From NCBI GenBank assembly GCA_035530075.1, contig DATKVM010000009.1:1718-65717 (forward strand): a stretch of 64,000 nucleotides of DNA, given 5' to 3'. Below the pieces are notes generated by a model that was not told the DNA's origin, ran no database searches, and was given only the letters and a program-made list of their open reading frames with translations. The position numbers were made by a program, and so were the translations under genes. The stretch is from Patescibacteria group bacterium (GTDB taxonomy: Bacteria; Patescibacteriota; Microgenomatia; UM-FILTER-40-11). Of the stretch, positions 32,370-42,203 are shown one piece after another. Within the stretch, counting starts at the first letter, position 1; each line of letters starts with the position of its first letter.

Positions 32370-33662
32370 TTACATCCCTTTTGCTACCCTGTCAACCGCC
32401 AGAATATAGGCTGCTTTACGCAAATCAACGTTTCTTTGCTCTCCCATCTTCCAAACATCCTCAAAAGCTTTAATCATCTTTGCTTTTAACCTTTCGTTCA
32501 CCCCTCTCACTTCTTTACCCGCCGTAACTTTAGTGAAGGCGGGCCACTTTTCATCCTTTACGTTTTGTTCCCATTCAAAAAAGGAAACGGTCACTCCGCC
32601 AGCATTGGCAAGAATATCGGGAACAACTATCACCTTTCTCTTAAGCAAAATATCATCGGCTTCCGGCGTTGTTGGGCCGTTGGCCATCTCAATTATTACT
32701 TTCGCTTTAATTTTTTTCGCGTTTTTCGCGTCAATTACATTTTCTAAAGCTGCCGGGGCTAGAATATCACAATTAGCAATTAGTAATTCGCAATTAGTAA
32801 TTGTCTCCGTTCCCGGAAAACCGACAACGCTTCCCGTCTTTTCTTTCCATGCCAAAACTTCTTTTGGATTCAAACTTTTAACTTTTAATTTTGAATTTTG
32901 AACTAATTCGATCCCGCCCTTTGAATCCGACAAAGCCACAATTTTGTAACCCTGTTCATAAGCTAACTGGGCAAAGAAATAGCCAACATTTCCTATCCCC
33001 TGAATCGCAATTTTGGCCTTTTTAATTTTCAATTTTTTAATTAATTCATTCAAAATATAAACCCCGCCCCGGCCGGTTGCTTCGGTGCGGCCGAGACTTC
33101 CCCCCTTTTCCACTGGCTTTCCAGTAAACGCGGCCAAGAATTCTTTCTTTTCAACTTTGAACTTTGAACTTTGAACTTTGAACTTTTTATACTCTTCAAT
33201 CATCCAGGCCATTTCTCTCGCCCCTGTTCCAACGTCCGGTGCCGGCACATCAATCTCCGAACCAATTAGGGGGGTAATCGCTCGGATATAAGCCCGCGAC
33301 AACCGTTCCAGCTCCTTTTCCGAAAGCTCCTTGGGATTAACGGCCACTCCCCCTTTGGCGCCACCAAAGGGAATTCCTGCCACCGCGCATTTCCAAGTCA
33401 TCCACATTGAAAGCGCCATTACTTCCTCTTTGCTCACCGCTGGGTGAAAACGAATTCCTCCTTTGTAAGGACCGCGGGCATTATTGTGCTGGGAGCGAAA
33501 ACCGCGAAAAATTCTAATTTCACCGTTATCCATTTTTACCGGAAGACTAACTTCTAAAACTTTCTGCGGTTCTCTTAAAATTGCCAGAACATCGGGCCGA
33601 ATATCCAAATATTTAGCGACCTTATCAAGTTGTTCCTGGGCATTTTGAAAAGGATTGGACAT
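32370..33662 (-). CDS. gdhA: Glutamate dehydrogenase (Glu/Leu/Phe/Val dehydrogenase family)
   Basis: GGAKGG catalytic-lysine region and NAD(P) Rossmann GIGNVGYF. Carries two in-frame heptamer-repeat insertions. Confidence 0.9.
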   Translation of the reverse strand: MSNPFQNAQEQLDKVAKYLDIRPDVLAILREPQKVLEVSLPVKMDNGEIRIFRGFRSQHNNARGPYKGGIRFHPAVSKEEVMALSMWMTWKCAVAGIPFGGAKGGVAVNPKELSEKELERLSRAYIRAITPLIGSEIDVPAPDVGTGAREMAWMIEEYKKFKVQSSKFKVEKKEFLAAFTGKPVEKGGSLGRTEATGRGGVYILNELIKKLKIKKAKIAIQGIGNVGYFFAQLAYEQGYKIVALSDSKGGIELVQNSKLKVKSLNPKEVLAWKEKTGSVVGFPGTETITNCELLIANCDILAPAALENVIDAKNAKKIKAKVIIEMANGPTTPEADDILLKRKVIVVPDILANAGGVTVSFFEWEQNVKDEKWPAFTKVTAGKEVRGVNERLKAKMIKAFEDVWKMGEQRNVDLRKAAYILAVDRVAKGM

Positions 33663-33676
33663 GACTTTTCCCGACT

Positions 33677-34618
33677 CTATTTCTTTCCTCTTAAATACTT
33701 AAAAGCGCTTGAAGCAGCGATGGCTCCTTGGGCACAGGCGGTAATCGCCTGCTGTAAAACTAGACTTTGGGCAGTAAAATCACCGGCGGCAAAAACGCCG
33801 GAAACATTTGTTTCCATTTTTTCATTGACTTTAACATAACCATTCTCGTCCAGTTCCACCCCCAGCGGCAATAAAAAACTGCTGGCGGGCACGCCGCCAA
33901 TCTCAATAAAAACGCCGTCTAAAGGAAGTTGCGTCAACTCCTTATAAGGATTGTCCAACTTAACTCCCGTCACTTTGTTCCCGTCACCCAAGATTTCCAA
34001 GACATTAGTATTGTAAATTACTTCAACCTTAGGGTTATTTAAAGCTTCCTCCACCCAAATCGGCTCCGCCCGAAGTTCGCTTTTGCGGTAAATAATATAA
34101 ACCCTTTGCCCAAATCCTGAGAGATGAATTGCCCCCCCAACCGCCGCATCGCTCCCCCCTACTATGGCCACCGTTTTCCCTTTAAAGAAAGGGGCATCGC
34201 AATGAGTGCAGTAAGAAACGCCTTTCCCTAAATATTCTTTTTCGCCTGGAACACCCAATTGCCTCCTTTCGGTCCCGGTAGTGGCAATCAAAGTTTGCGC
34301 TTCAAATTCGCCGCCCTTTTCTGTCGCGACACTGAAAAAATGGGGAATTTTCCCTGAAGCTTCAACAACTTTAACCTTAACAACTTCGTCCGGCAAAATT
34401 TCCGCCCCTAAGGCTTTAACTTGCATAATGACGTTACGAGCTAGTTCCATGCCAGTAATAGAAGTAAAGCCGGGGAAGTTTTCCACTTTATGAGCCAAAG
34501 TAATTGTCCCCCCGGGAAGCTTACCGATCACCACATTGGCCATTTTATAACGCGAAGCGTAAATAGAAGCCGTTAGTCCTGCCAAGCCGGAGCCGATAAT
34601 GATCGTATCGAACTGCAT
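33677..34618 (-). CDS. trxB: Thioredoxin-disulfide reductase
   Basis: FAD motif GSGLAGLTASIYASR, redox-active CTHCD, and NADPH motif GGSDAAVGGA. Confidence 0.85.
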   Translation of the reverse strand: MQFDTIIIGSGLAGLTASIYASRYKMANVVIGKLPGGTITLAHKVENFPGFTSITGMELARNVIMQVKALGAEILPDEVVKVKVVEASGKIPHFFSVATEKGGEFEAQTLIATTGTERRQLGVPGEKEYLGKGVSYCTHCDAPFFKGKTVAIVGGSDAAVGGAIHLSGFGQRVYIIYRKSELRAEPIWVEEALNNPKVEVIYNTNVLEILGDGNKVTGVKLDNPYKELTQLPLDGVFIEIGGVPASSFLLPLGVELDENGYVKVNEKMETNVSGVFAAGDFTAQSLVLQQAITACAQGAIAASSAFKYLRGKK

Positions 34619-34718
34619 AGTTTAGAATTCAAAGCCCAAAGTTTTTGTAGGATACCAATAACCGTAACTTTTAACTGCTAACTGTGACTTTGAATTTTGC
34701 CCTTTGAACTTTGAACTA

Positions 34719-35027
34719 TCAAGAAACCTCCACCAAAACCTCTTTTTTGTTCTTAAATCCTACTAAAGTTTTGGCTGCCTCTCCGTTTTTGAATAGAATG
34801 ACGGTAGGAATACTCATTATCCCATATTTTTCGGCTGTCTGCGGATTCTCATCTACATTCAGTTTGCCCACCGTCACCTTTCCCGCCAATTCTTTGGCCA
34901 GTTCTTCCACCACCGGCGCCATCATTTTGCAGGGGCCACACCAATCAGCATAAAAGGCAACTAAAACCGGCAATTCATTTTTCAAGACTTCCGCATCAAA
35001 ATTTTGGTCAGTAAAAGTCTGTTCCAT
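34719..35027 (-). CDS. trxA: Thioredoxin
   Basis: WCGPCK active site. 102 aa. Confidence 0.9.
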   Translation of the reverse strand: MEQTFTDQNFDAEVLKNELPVLVAFYADWCGPCKMMAPVVEELAKELAGKVTVGKLNVDENPQTAEKYGIMSIPTVILFKNGEAAKTLVGFKNKKEVLVEVS

Positions 35028-35157
35028 TTTCTTTCACCTACTTCCTCCCGCCTACAATAATAACTCCAAGCTTGGTGATATCTCAACTACTAACTTCTTG
35101 TCAAGCAAACTTTTCTCTTCTTAAAAGCAAGAAGTTGGCAATTACGGGGAGAAAAAC

Positions 35158-35895
35158 TTATTTACCGATATTGGTTTCTGATTGATGGCAGAAGACGACG
35201 CCTTTTTCCAAGAGGGCTTGCTTTTGCTGAGTAGAAAGGATGGTGGAAGCAGTAATGGGATGAAGCTGGCTTTTGTCAATCATTTTGCGCAAACTCTCTT
35301 CCTCCGGGTAATCCCAAGAAGTGACTCTCATCCCGACGCAAAGAGCATAGGCTCTTGCCTCTTGAGTAAGCTTAGTATTAGTTATTAGCCAAGGAATATC
35401 AAAACCCTTATTTTTAACATCTAAAAACCGAGCATAAGTATAGAGGGCAACTTTGACATCGGTCCGGCCTCCAACCTGTCCATGAAATTTACATTCAATC
35501 ATATAGGCCTTATCATTCTTGGCGATAATATCGATTTCATGGGCAACACATTTGCCCGTTACCAATTGGTTAATCTGCACCCGATAGTTTTGTACCTTTA
35601 AAACCTCAGCTACATATTTTTCAAAGGGATAGCCGGATGGCCCCAATTCCATAATGGCTCTTTTCAGATTATATTTTTCGGCCAAACCCCGCTGCTCTTT
35701 TTTTAGTCGCTTCATTACCAGGGCATAAATTTCAAAAGTGGGAATGTTTGGGTAAAGATGAGGCTTAACTTGGGAAACAATTTTTTGAGCCAATTCAGCC
35801 GATGCCCCTGCCCGCAAAAGTGAGTTAATTACTTTTTCTTCGGCAAATGGCTCTACTTCTCCCGTCGCTTTAATAACATCGACCGTTTTTCCCAT
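35158..35895 (-). CDS. ATP-cone domain fused to an Mrr/restriction-endonuclease-like (PD-(D/E)xK) domain
   Basis: N-terminal ATP-cone pattern VIKATGEVEPFAEEKVINSL. C-terminal EIDIIAK...ECKF resembles a D-ExK nuclease core. Confidence 0.55.
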   Translation of the reverse strand: MGKTVDVIKATGEVEPFAEEKVINSLLRAGASAELAQKIVSQVKPHLYPNIPTFEIYALVMKRLKKEQRGLAEKYNLKRAIMELGPSGYPFEKYVAEVLKVQNYRVQINQLVTGKCVAHEIDIIAKNDKAYMIECKFHGQVGGRTDVKVALYTYARFLDVKNKGFDIPWLITNTKLTQEARAYALCVGMRVTSWDYPEEESLRKMIDKSQLHPITASTILSTQQKQALLEKGVVFCHQSETNIGK

Positions 35896-35904
35896 CTTCC
35901 AACC

Positions 35905-36450
35905 TTAGGCCAGCAAGACCGTCAGGGCTAAAAAGATAACCGTAACTAAAAATAAGTAAAGCGGAAGGTACTCCTTTCCCAAACCTTTAATCTGCCAAAA
36001 TAGCCAATCCGCTAAAGCTTCTCTTCTCCCTCGCCACCAGTCAAACCATTCATCCTTAAGAAGGTGCAAATTCATAGCAACGACTAAGCCGGCCCCAAAC
36101 AAACTATTAGAAGCCGTCAGGACATAAAAGGCCAAAAGCAATAAAATTGCCTGGAAAGTTGCGCTATGAAAAATTAAGCGATTGTGGCCTTCATGAGTTT
36201 GCTTTAAAAGCGAATAAAGTCCTCGATAGTTCCTCACTTTCAAAAGCACCCTGGCCCTTACCGACTCTTCTGCCTCCGGTTGGGTCCAGAACCAAAAAAG
36301 AAAATGGTCAATATCGAGCAAGAAGGTCCCACTCAAAGCCCCCAACCAAAGCCAAACAAGGTTCAGGTTAAACTCACTTCTTAATAAGGAAACGGCGGCA
36401 AAATAGATAAAAGTTAAAAGCAAATGAAAGAAGACCCCACTGCCAAGCAT
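35905..36450 (-). CDS. Hypothetical integral membrane protein
   Basis: Several hydrophobic helices. No motifs. Confidence 0.5.
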   Translation of the reverse strand: MLGSGVFFHLLLTFIYFAAVSLLRSEFNLNLVWLWLGALSGTFLLDIDHFLFWFWTQPEAEESVRARVLLKVRNYRGLYSLLKQTHEGHNRLIFHSATFQAILLLLAFYVLTASNSLFGAGLVVAMNLHLLKDEWFDWWRGRREALADWLFWQIKGLGKEYLPLYLFLVTVIFLALTVLLA

Positions 36451-36511
36451 CTTACCCCCAGTATGGCGGATTGGCAGTCAATTTTCAATTTTTATTAAAT
36501 TCTCAATTGTT

Positions 36512-37201
36512 TTACTGGAAGTATTTTCGGGCCAACGGTAAAAGCCGCTGCCACTCTCGCTCTTTATCCTCCACCGTCAAGTGCTTTTTCCCCAAGGCAA
36601 TCCTCCCCCGTTGTTTTTCCGCCATAAATCGAAAGAGGTTAAGTTCATTCTTAATGCCTAAAAAATGAGCTAAATCAAAAATCTCCCTCAAGAGTTCCCG
36701 ATGTCCTTGCCACCCCCATCCACAAACTCTTTTTAGATTCTTAATCCTCTCTTCTAGGCCAAATTCTAGGCTGCCGCGGTAATCCTTGGCTGCTTCTTCC
36801 AGCTCTTTTATTTCCTCTCCCCCAACCTTAGCCCAAACCCAAGTGGTTGATTGACTGGCCACTTCTCTACCTAAATGCCTTTCTCTACCTGCCTGCGACT
36901 CATAAAAGAGTCTGGCCCTTAAATTTACCAGCTCTTCCAGCTGATCAGTCCGGCAATAAAGTGCGATATTTCCCATTAACTCTCGCAAGTTCTCTCGGCC
37001 GTCTTGCCCCTCCTCCATTGCTTCAATAAAGGGAATCTTGGTTAATTGATAGGTAAGGCAGGAAAGCTCGGCCATGACCCTGAACCGAGCCTCATCCGCC
37101 GCTGAGAGCTCTGGCCTAAGAGTGGTGAGGAATTGGGCCGCTCTTTTAGTGTCCGTAAAGGCGATAAAAGTAAATTGTCGAGCTAGGTACTCTTTAGACA
37201 T
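36512..37201 (-). CDS. Hypothetical protein (GC-rich, Arg/Glu-rich)
   Basis: 229-aa ORF with no recognisable motif. Confidence 0.4.
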   Translation of the reverse strand: MSKEYLARQFTFIAFTDTKRAAQFLTTLRPELSAADEARFRVMAELSCLTYQLTKIPFIEAMEEGQDGRENLRELMGNIALYCRTDQLEELVNLRARLFYESQAGRERHLGREVASQSTTWVWAKVGGEEIKELEEAAKDYRGSLEFGLEERIKNLKRVCGWGWQGHRELLREIFDLAHFLGIKNELNLFRFMAEKQRGRIALGKKHLTVEDKEREWQRLLPLARKYFQ

Positions 37202-37433
37202 ATTTGTTAGGGGTTAAGCGCTTAAATAAATTCGCTTTCGGCAGATAAAGATAAGATTCGCCGCAAGAACAGGCGATCACTTCATTTCCCCTCACCGCTT
37301 CCTTTCTCCTGTGGGAAAGCAAAGTCCCACAAGCGACGCAACGTCCTTGTTCCAAAAGCCACTGCTGAAGGGGGGCGACAATTTGCTGCCAAAGTCTGAA
37401 ACCGCTCATCACTGTCTCCTTTACTTCTAGCAA
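37194..37433 (-). CDS. Small zinc-ribbon-like protein
   Basis: CVAC...CSC Cys pairs. 79 aa. Overlaps the downstream gene by 8 bp. Confidence 0.4.
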   Translation of the reverse strand: MLEVKETVMSGFRLWQQIVAPLQQWLLEQGRCVACGTLLSHRRKEAVRGNEVIACSCGESYLYLPKANLFKRLTPNKYV

Positions 37434-37542
37434 TTAATTACAGGCTTTATCTTAACTAGCTTTTCAGCCCCTTGCTTGAGCGTTATCGGAGAAAAAACTG
37501 GGGAAACCTAGGCTTTCCTGAGGAACTTTCGCTTACTTATTC

Positions 37543-37572
37543 TTGACATATCTTATAAGTAGAAGTTATAAT
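37543..37572 (+). promoter_or_regulatory. Near-consensus sigma70 promoter (TTGACA-18-TATAAT) for regulator copy 1
   Basis: TTGACA at 37543-37548 and TATAAT at 37567-37572. The ORF-track TTG start at 37543 is actually the -35 box. Confidence 0.55.
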
Positions 37573-37599
37573 CCCATAGTTTCATGGAAAGTAAGATTT

Positions 37600-38862
37600 A
37601 TGACAAAAGTTTCCCGCCTTCTAACTGAAGAAACAGAAAAACATTTTTTTCAGGAAGTAATTCTTCCTAAGCTTCTGGCTGGTGAGAACCTTTCTATTCT
37701 TTGGACCCCCCATAGCGGCCGGCGGAAAACGATGACTTACCTAGTTAAAAACGCTGTCTTGTTGGGATTTAAGGCTTTAGGTCGCTACAAAATGGTTTAT
37801 GTCGACGGTGAAGAGTTAACCGAAGAAACTCCTCAGGCCTACTTTCGGCTTTTGCTCGGTTGCCTTGCCAAAAAAGAAATCGCCCCTTTATCAGCCGATT
37901 GCTTTCCCCTGCTTAAAAAAAAGGTTAAAGAAATAGTTGACAATGGTTATCATTTGGTTTTCATTTTAGGACGTTTTAATGAACTCAATTTACCTCGAAC
38001 TGTCTTTGATAATCTTAAAAACATTTGGCAGTTGGACAAACAGCAGATTCATTTTATCTTTGCCCTTAACAAGAACATCTTTAGCTCAGACAACTTCGAC
38101 AAGTATGGGCAGCTAAGAGAGCTTTTAACTCAAAACTTGATTTTCTTCCCCATTTTTGCCGAGAAAGATAATCAACTGGCAGCGGATTCTCTTTGTCAAA
38201 AGTACTGTTATCGGATTTCTCCCTCCCAAAAATCGGTGGCCAAAAAGATTGCTGGCGGGCATCCATCTTTATTAAAAGCCTGCTTGCGAATTCTAAGCAG
38301 CTCAGCCCATTTCTCTGCTAAAGAAACAGTCGATTTTTTCCTTAAACAATGGGAAATAAAAACTATTTTGCAGGATATTTGGAATTTCTTAGAATTAGAG
38401 GAAAGAAACTTTCTTGTCCAACTAGCACTGGAGGCGGAAACAAATCCAAAGAAAATTCCCGAAAAATTGTTAAGACTAAGACTAGTTTCCTTCGGAAAAA
38501 ACCAAAAGCTGGAATTTTTCTCTCCCCTTTTTAAGGCTTTCGTCATGAATCAAAAGTTGGATGCCCCGGCCATTGCCATTGAAGAGCAGACCGGCGAAAT
38601 CTTGGTCAACGGCTTGCCGCCGAGAGAAAAAATCGGTTTGCAAGAGTACCGACTCTTAGTCGAGTTTCTCAAAAACCCCGACAAAGTAATCTCCCGGGAC
38701 GAGATTGCTCTGGTCTTATGGGACAAGGAAGCGGATGAAAAGTATTCCGACTGGGCCATTGACCAGGTCATCTCGCAGCTTAGAACCAAATTAGAAAAAT
38801 TAGGCATTTCTTCCGCTAAATTACAAACCATTAGGAACCGCGGCTATCGTTGGACAGACTAA
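37600..38862 (+). CDS. Transcriptional regulator, copy 1: degenerate P-loop NTPase-like N-domain plus a C-terminal OmpR/PhoB-type winged helix
   Basis: C-terminus LQEYRLLVEFL...DQVISQLRTKLEKLG...LQTIRNRGYRW matches the trans_reg_C pattern. N-domain has PHSGRRKT (decayed Walker A) and hhhhLGRFNE (Walker-B-like). Likely start MTKVSRLL at 37600. Confidence 0.6.
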   Translation: MTKVSRLLTEETEKHFFQEVILPKLLAGENLSILWTPHSGRRKTMTYLVKNAVLLGFKALGRYKMVYVDGEELTEETPQAYFRLLLGCLAKKEIAPLSADCFPLLKKKVKEIVDNGYHLVFILGRFNELNLPRTVFDNLKNIWQLDKQQIHFIFALNKNIFSSDNFDKYGQLRELLTQNLIFFPIFAEKDNQLAADSLCQKYCYRISPSQKSVAKKIAGGHPSLLKACLRILSSSAHFSAKETVDFFLKQWEIKTILQDIWNFLELEERNFLVQLALEAETNPKKIPEKLLRLRLVSFGKNQKLEFFSPLFKAFVMNQKLDAPAIAIEEQTGEILVNGLPPREKIGLQEYRLLVEFLKNPDKVISRDEIALVLWDKEADEKYSDWAIDQVISQLRTKLEKLGISSAKLQTIRNRGYRWTD

Positions 38863-40394
38863 AGATTATGATTGAGCTCGAACAAAACATTTTCCCGTCC
38901 GTTATGGTGGCCCGGGAAGAGAAACCGACGGCCAGGGAAATCGATTATCAGAAACTTTTGGAAGCTAAAGGCCACGGCGAGCTTTCTCCCCTCCTTACTT
39001 GGGACGGTCTTTGGGAACTCTATCAAGAAACAGTCTTTTTTGGCCGACAAAATGCCTTTTATGATTTTCGTTGCAGCAAAAGAGAACTCTTCCATGGAGC
39101 CATGCTCCGATTCCTACCAGAAAGACTCCTTCCACCTATAAATTTAAGAAATAGAGCTAGAGAAGTGACTCGCGGTCCCGCCGGCAGAACTATTAACGCT
39201 CTTCATTCTTACCTTAGAGAAGAAAGGGCAAGGCATATTATTTGTATTACCCGGGGGGCGGCTCGCAGCATCGCCTACAAAGGCAAGCCATTCGCGAAAA
39301 ATTTAGTCGACCGATTCGGCAGTTTGACCCTGGGGAGAGGACACCTTTTGGACTTAGACGGCACCATTGGTTTTGCTCCCGGAACACCTCGGGAGCTAAC
39401 TGATTTTACTAATCTCGCCTCGGCGGTCCAGCCTCGACTTCACCGGCCGAGCGACCTGACTCTTGCCTGTGTCGCTTCTTGTTGGCGGGGAAAAACGGTC
39501 CAACGCTTAGAATATGGTACCGGTATTCCTAATTCCCTAACTTGGGACGACCGGGGCCATCTTTATTATCCCAGACACGAAGCGACTTACGACCCTTTCG
39601 GTAATCTTTTTATTCAAATGATGGAAGGCAGCGACCTTAACCGCTATATTTTCCCAGTTTGGCTCCCGAACGGAAGAATTGTTGGGGTGGAAGCGGATTT
39701 TTTATGGCAACATCGCCAGTGTCCGGCTATTCGCTTTGTTCAAAACGGCCAGGAAAGGACTTTACGATCGGCTATCAGCCATTGGGCCGGGAGAAATCTT
39801 AATCAGTTCGGAGAGATGTTTTTTGATATTCTGCATCACCTGGAAGAATGCTCCTGCGGCAATGCGGTTCCGGCTTTTGATTTTGAACCTAACGGAGCGG
39901 TTGACGCAAATCCTTTAACGGAAGAGGTGTTTTTTAATACCGGCAGGTGGATACAAAAAGAAGTTTTCCACCGCTTTGTCGAGAATGCCAATCGCTTAGC
40001 GCCAACCATCGAGATGAAAATTAAAATGGCACTTCATGCTTTTGGTTCAATAAAAAACACCATTGATGCCGACCCCTTAGTGGGAACCAATTTAGTCTGT
40101 TCACCTGAAGACTCTTTCATTCCCGAATCAATGGTTCACGGTACCGGCCTTTCCGAAGAAGTTTATCCCGAAGCCTACACCGCCTACCGGACCAATAAAG
40201 AAGAATTTGAGACAGAAGCCCGAAATTGTGATTGGGGTTTGGGAAGAGTCGGCTTCAAACGTTTTGCCCAAAAGCTGGAAGAAAAATTAGGCGGCCGAAA
40301 CAGCTTGGCTTTTGTTCTTACTCCCCTCCCTTTCCGCAATGAGGAAGCGGTTGTTAGCGCTATCCGGGCTAAATTGGATGAGATTCTTGGCTAA
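38850..40394 (+). CDS. Large hypothetical protein, partner of regulator copy 1 (GC/Arg-rich)
   Basis: 514-aa ORF overlapping the regulator stop by 13 nt, which suggests translational coupling. No recognisable motifs. Confidence 0.5.
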   Translation: MDRLKIMIELEQNIFPSVMVAREEKPTAREIDYQKLLEAKGHGELSPLLTWDGLWELYQETVFFGRQNAFYDFRCSKRELFHGAMLRFLPERLLPPINLRNRAREVTRGPAGRTINALHSYLREERARHIICITRGAARSIAYKGKPFAKNLVDRFGSLTLGRGHLLDLDGTIGFAPGTPRELTDFTNLASAVQPRLHRPSDLTLACVASCWRGKTVQRLEYGTGIPNSLTWDDRGHLYYPRHEATYDPFGNLFIQMMEGSDLNRYIFPVWLPNGRIVGVEADFLWQHRQCPAIRFVQNGQERTLRSAISHWAGRNLNQFGEMFFDILHHLEECSCGNAVPAFDFEPNGAVDANPLTEEVFFNTGRWIQKEVFHRFVENANRLAPTIEMKIKMALHAFGSIKNTIDADPLVGTNLVCSPEDSFIPESMVHGTGLSEEVYPEAYTAYRTNKEEFETEARNCDWGLGRVGFKRFAQKLEEKLGGRNSLAFVLTPLPFRNEEAVVSAIRAKLDEILG

Positions 40395-40734
40395 ATTAAA
40401 TCGGCAAGCCCAAAACTACCTTCAAATTCCCCAAGAGCAGGAGGAGGGCTTTCTTCCAAAGCTTGAAAAGCTGGAAAAGTAAATCCCAAGGTAAACGGAA
40501 ACCGCCCCCAATTACTTTCGGCTCAGTTGAATAATCCTCAAAAAGCCGAATTGCTTCCTTCCCTCGCCTGAGGGTTAGCGCCCGATTTTTGCGGCAAGAG
40601 GCGCTTTCCGAAGCATAAGTAATTTTGAGGTTAGCAAAAAGTAACCCCAAGCTCAAAGCAAAGAAATTAGTCCCACTTTTCCTCTGCATCCTGTCTCCTT
40701 TAATTGCTATTCTATGTAGCAATTCAGCAAGTTG

Positions 40735-40815
40735 CTTGAAATATTTCTGAAATATTCCTGAAATTCCTGATATACATTTGATGCGTATATAAGTTTTTGG
40801 TAAAATACGGATGTT
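40735..40815 (+). promoter_or_regulatory. Helically phased direct repeats (CTGAAATATT-like, three to four copies) plus an extended -10 (TGGTAAAAT) upstream of regulator copy 2
   Basis: TTGAAATATTTCTGAAATATTCCTGAAATTCCTGATATAC with a period of about 10-11 bp, then ...TTTTTGGTAAAATAC before the ATG at 40832. Confidence 0.4.
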
Positions 40816-40831
40816 GTAAGAAAAAATACCC

Positions 40832-42097
40832 ATGGTCAAAAAACAACAAATCGAGCATATCCTCACCCCCGAAACCGAAGAACTCTTCTTCAGAGACCAA
40901 ATTTTACCCCCTCTCTTGCGAGGAGAGAATGTAGTCCTCGTGAGAGTTCCTCATAGCGGGACAAAGAGAAACATCATGTTTTTAATCGAAAATTCCGCCT
41001 TCTTTGGTTATCAAGAACTGGGAAAGTATCAAATTGTTTACATAAACCCCTACGACCTCCCTAACAATAGCCCCGAGAGTTATCTTCGTTTAATGAGCTA
41101 TAACTTGAAAGACTACCCTCAAGATGAGACTAAAAGCGCTTTCTTCGCCCTCAAGGAGCAAGTCGAAAAACTTGCCAAGGAAAGCTTCTCTATCATATTC
41201 GTTCTTGCTGATTTTAATAAGTTCGACTATGCAAAGGCTTTCTTCAATAACCTCTACAGTCTTTATCAAATCGAGAAAACCAAAATACATTTTATCTTTG
41301 TCATAACTGAAAACATATTTTCTGAAGAAAAAATGGAGAAATATGATCAACTTACAGAACTTATTACCGAAAACATAATCTACATGCCTATTCTTTCTCT
41401 CAAAGACACTCTCTTCACTGTTAACCGGCTAATTAGCAAATATGGATATCAAGTTCCCCTTGTCCTTAAGAATGCAATTCCAGAGATAATTGGCGGTCAT
41501 CCAGCGTTAATCAGATCTTGTTTACGAATATTAAATGAAAAACAAAATATTAAAACCGAAGAGCTGTTGGACTTCCTGGAACAACAATGGGAAGTTAAAA
41601 CATTTCTGGACGACATTTGGAAGTCGATTACGGACGAAGAAAGAGCTTTCCTCTGGCACGCCGCAAAACAAGACCGCCCAGAATTAAAAGTCATCCCTAG
41701 TTTTATCAGAAATCTTGGTTTGGTCCATTTTGAAAAGGGCAAGCTATGCTTGTTTTCCCTACTGTTTGAGTCCTTTATCAAAAAGCAAAAAATTAAAAAA
41801 ACTACTCTAAGTATTTGCAGCCAAACGGGGGAACTTCTAGCAGATGGAATTGCACCAAGAGAAAAAATTACCTTAAGTGAACATCGCCTACTAACGGTAT
41901 TTTTAAAAAATCCAAATAAAGTTATTTCCAGGGATAGACTGGCCGAGGCTATTTGGGAAAAAGATTCATTTGAGAAATATTCTGACTGGGCAATGGACCA
42001 AAGCATCTCTTTGCTCAGGAAAAAATTAGATAGCCTAGGCGTCTCCCCCAACAGTATTCAAACCATTAAAGGATGGGGCTACCGCTGGATTGACTAA
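40832..42097 (+). CDS. Transcriptional regulator, copy 2: same architecture as the gene at 37600-38862
   Basis: Collinear similarity to copy 1: ...GENVVLVRVPHSGTKRN..., ...IGGHPALIRSCLRIL..., and C-terminal IQTIKGWGYRWID. Confidence 0.6.
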   Translation: MVKKQQIEHILTPETEELFFRDQILPPLLRGENVVLVRVPHSGTKRNIMFLIENSAFFGYQELGKYQIVYINPYDLPNNSPESYLRLMSYNLKDYPQDETKSAFFALKEQVEKLAKESFSIIFVLADFNKFDYAKAFFNNLYSLYQIEKTKIHFIFVITENIFSEEKMEKYDQLTELITENIIYMPILSLKDTLFTVNRLISKYGYQVPLVLKNAIPEIIGGHPALIRSCLRILNEKQNIKTEELLDFLEQQWEVKTFLDDIWKSITDEERAFLWHAAKQDRPELKVIPSFIRNLGLVHFEKGKLCLFSLLFESFIKKQKIKKTTLSICSQTGELLADGIAPREKITLSEHRLLTVFLKNPNKVISRDRLAEAIWEKDSFEKYSDWAMDQSISLLRKKLDSLGVSPNSIQTIKGWGYRWID

Positions 42098-42203
42098 AGA
42101 AAATTAATCCACTCCTAGTCCTTACAGTTTTCTTACTTTCTCTTAATTCCAACCTTACTTAAATCCCCTATCTTTGCGGGCATAGAAAGGAATTTTCGTT
42201 TCT

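Noticed and set aside
37543-37599. TTG start for regulator copy 1 at 37543 (from the ORF track)
   Set aside because: The TTG is the first base of a TTGACA -35 box that precedes a TATAAT -10. The ATG at 37600 is the likely start.
40396-40866. 156-aa minus-strand ORF between the two regulator cassettes
   Set aside because: Spans an intergenic promoter/direct-repeat region antisense to the regulator copy 2 start. Cys/Ile-rich nonsense-like composition. Likely spurious.
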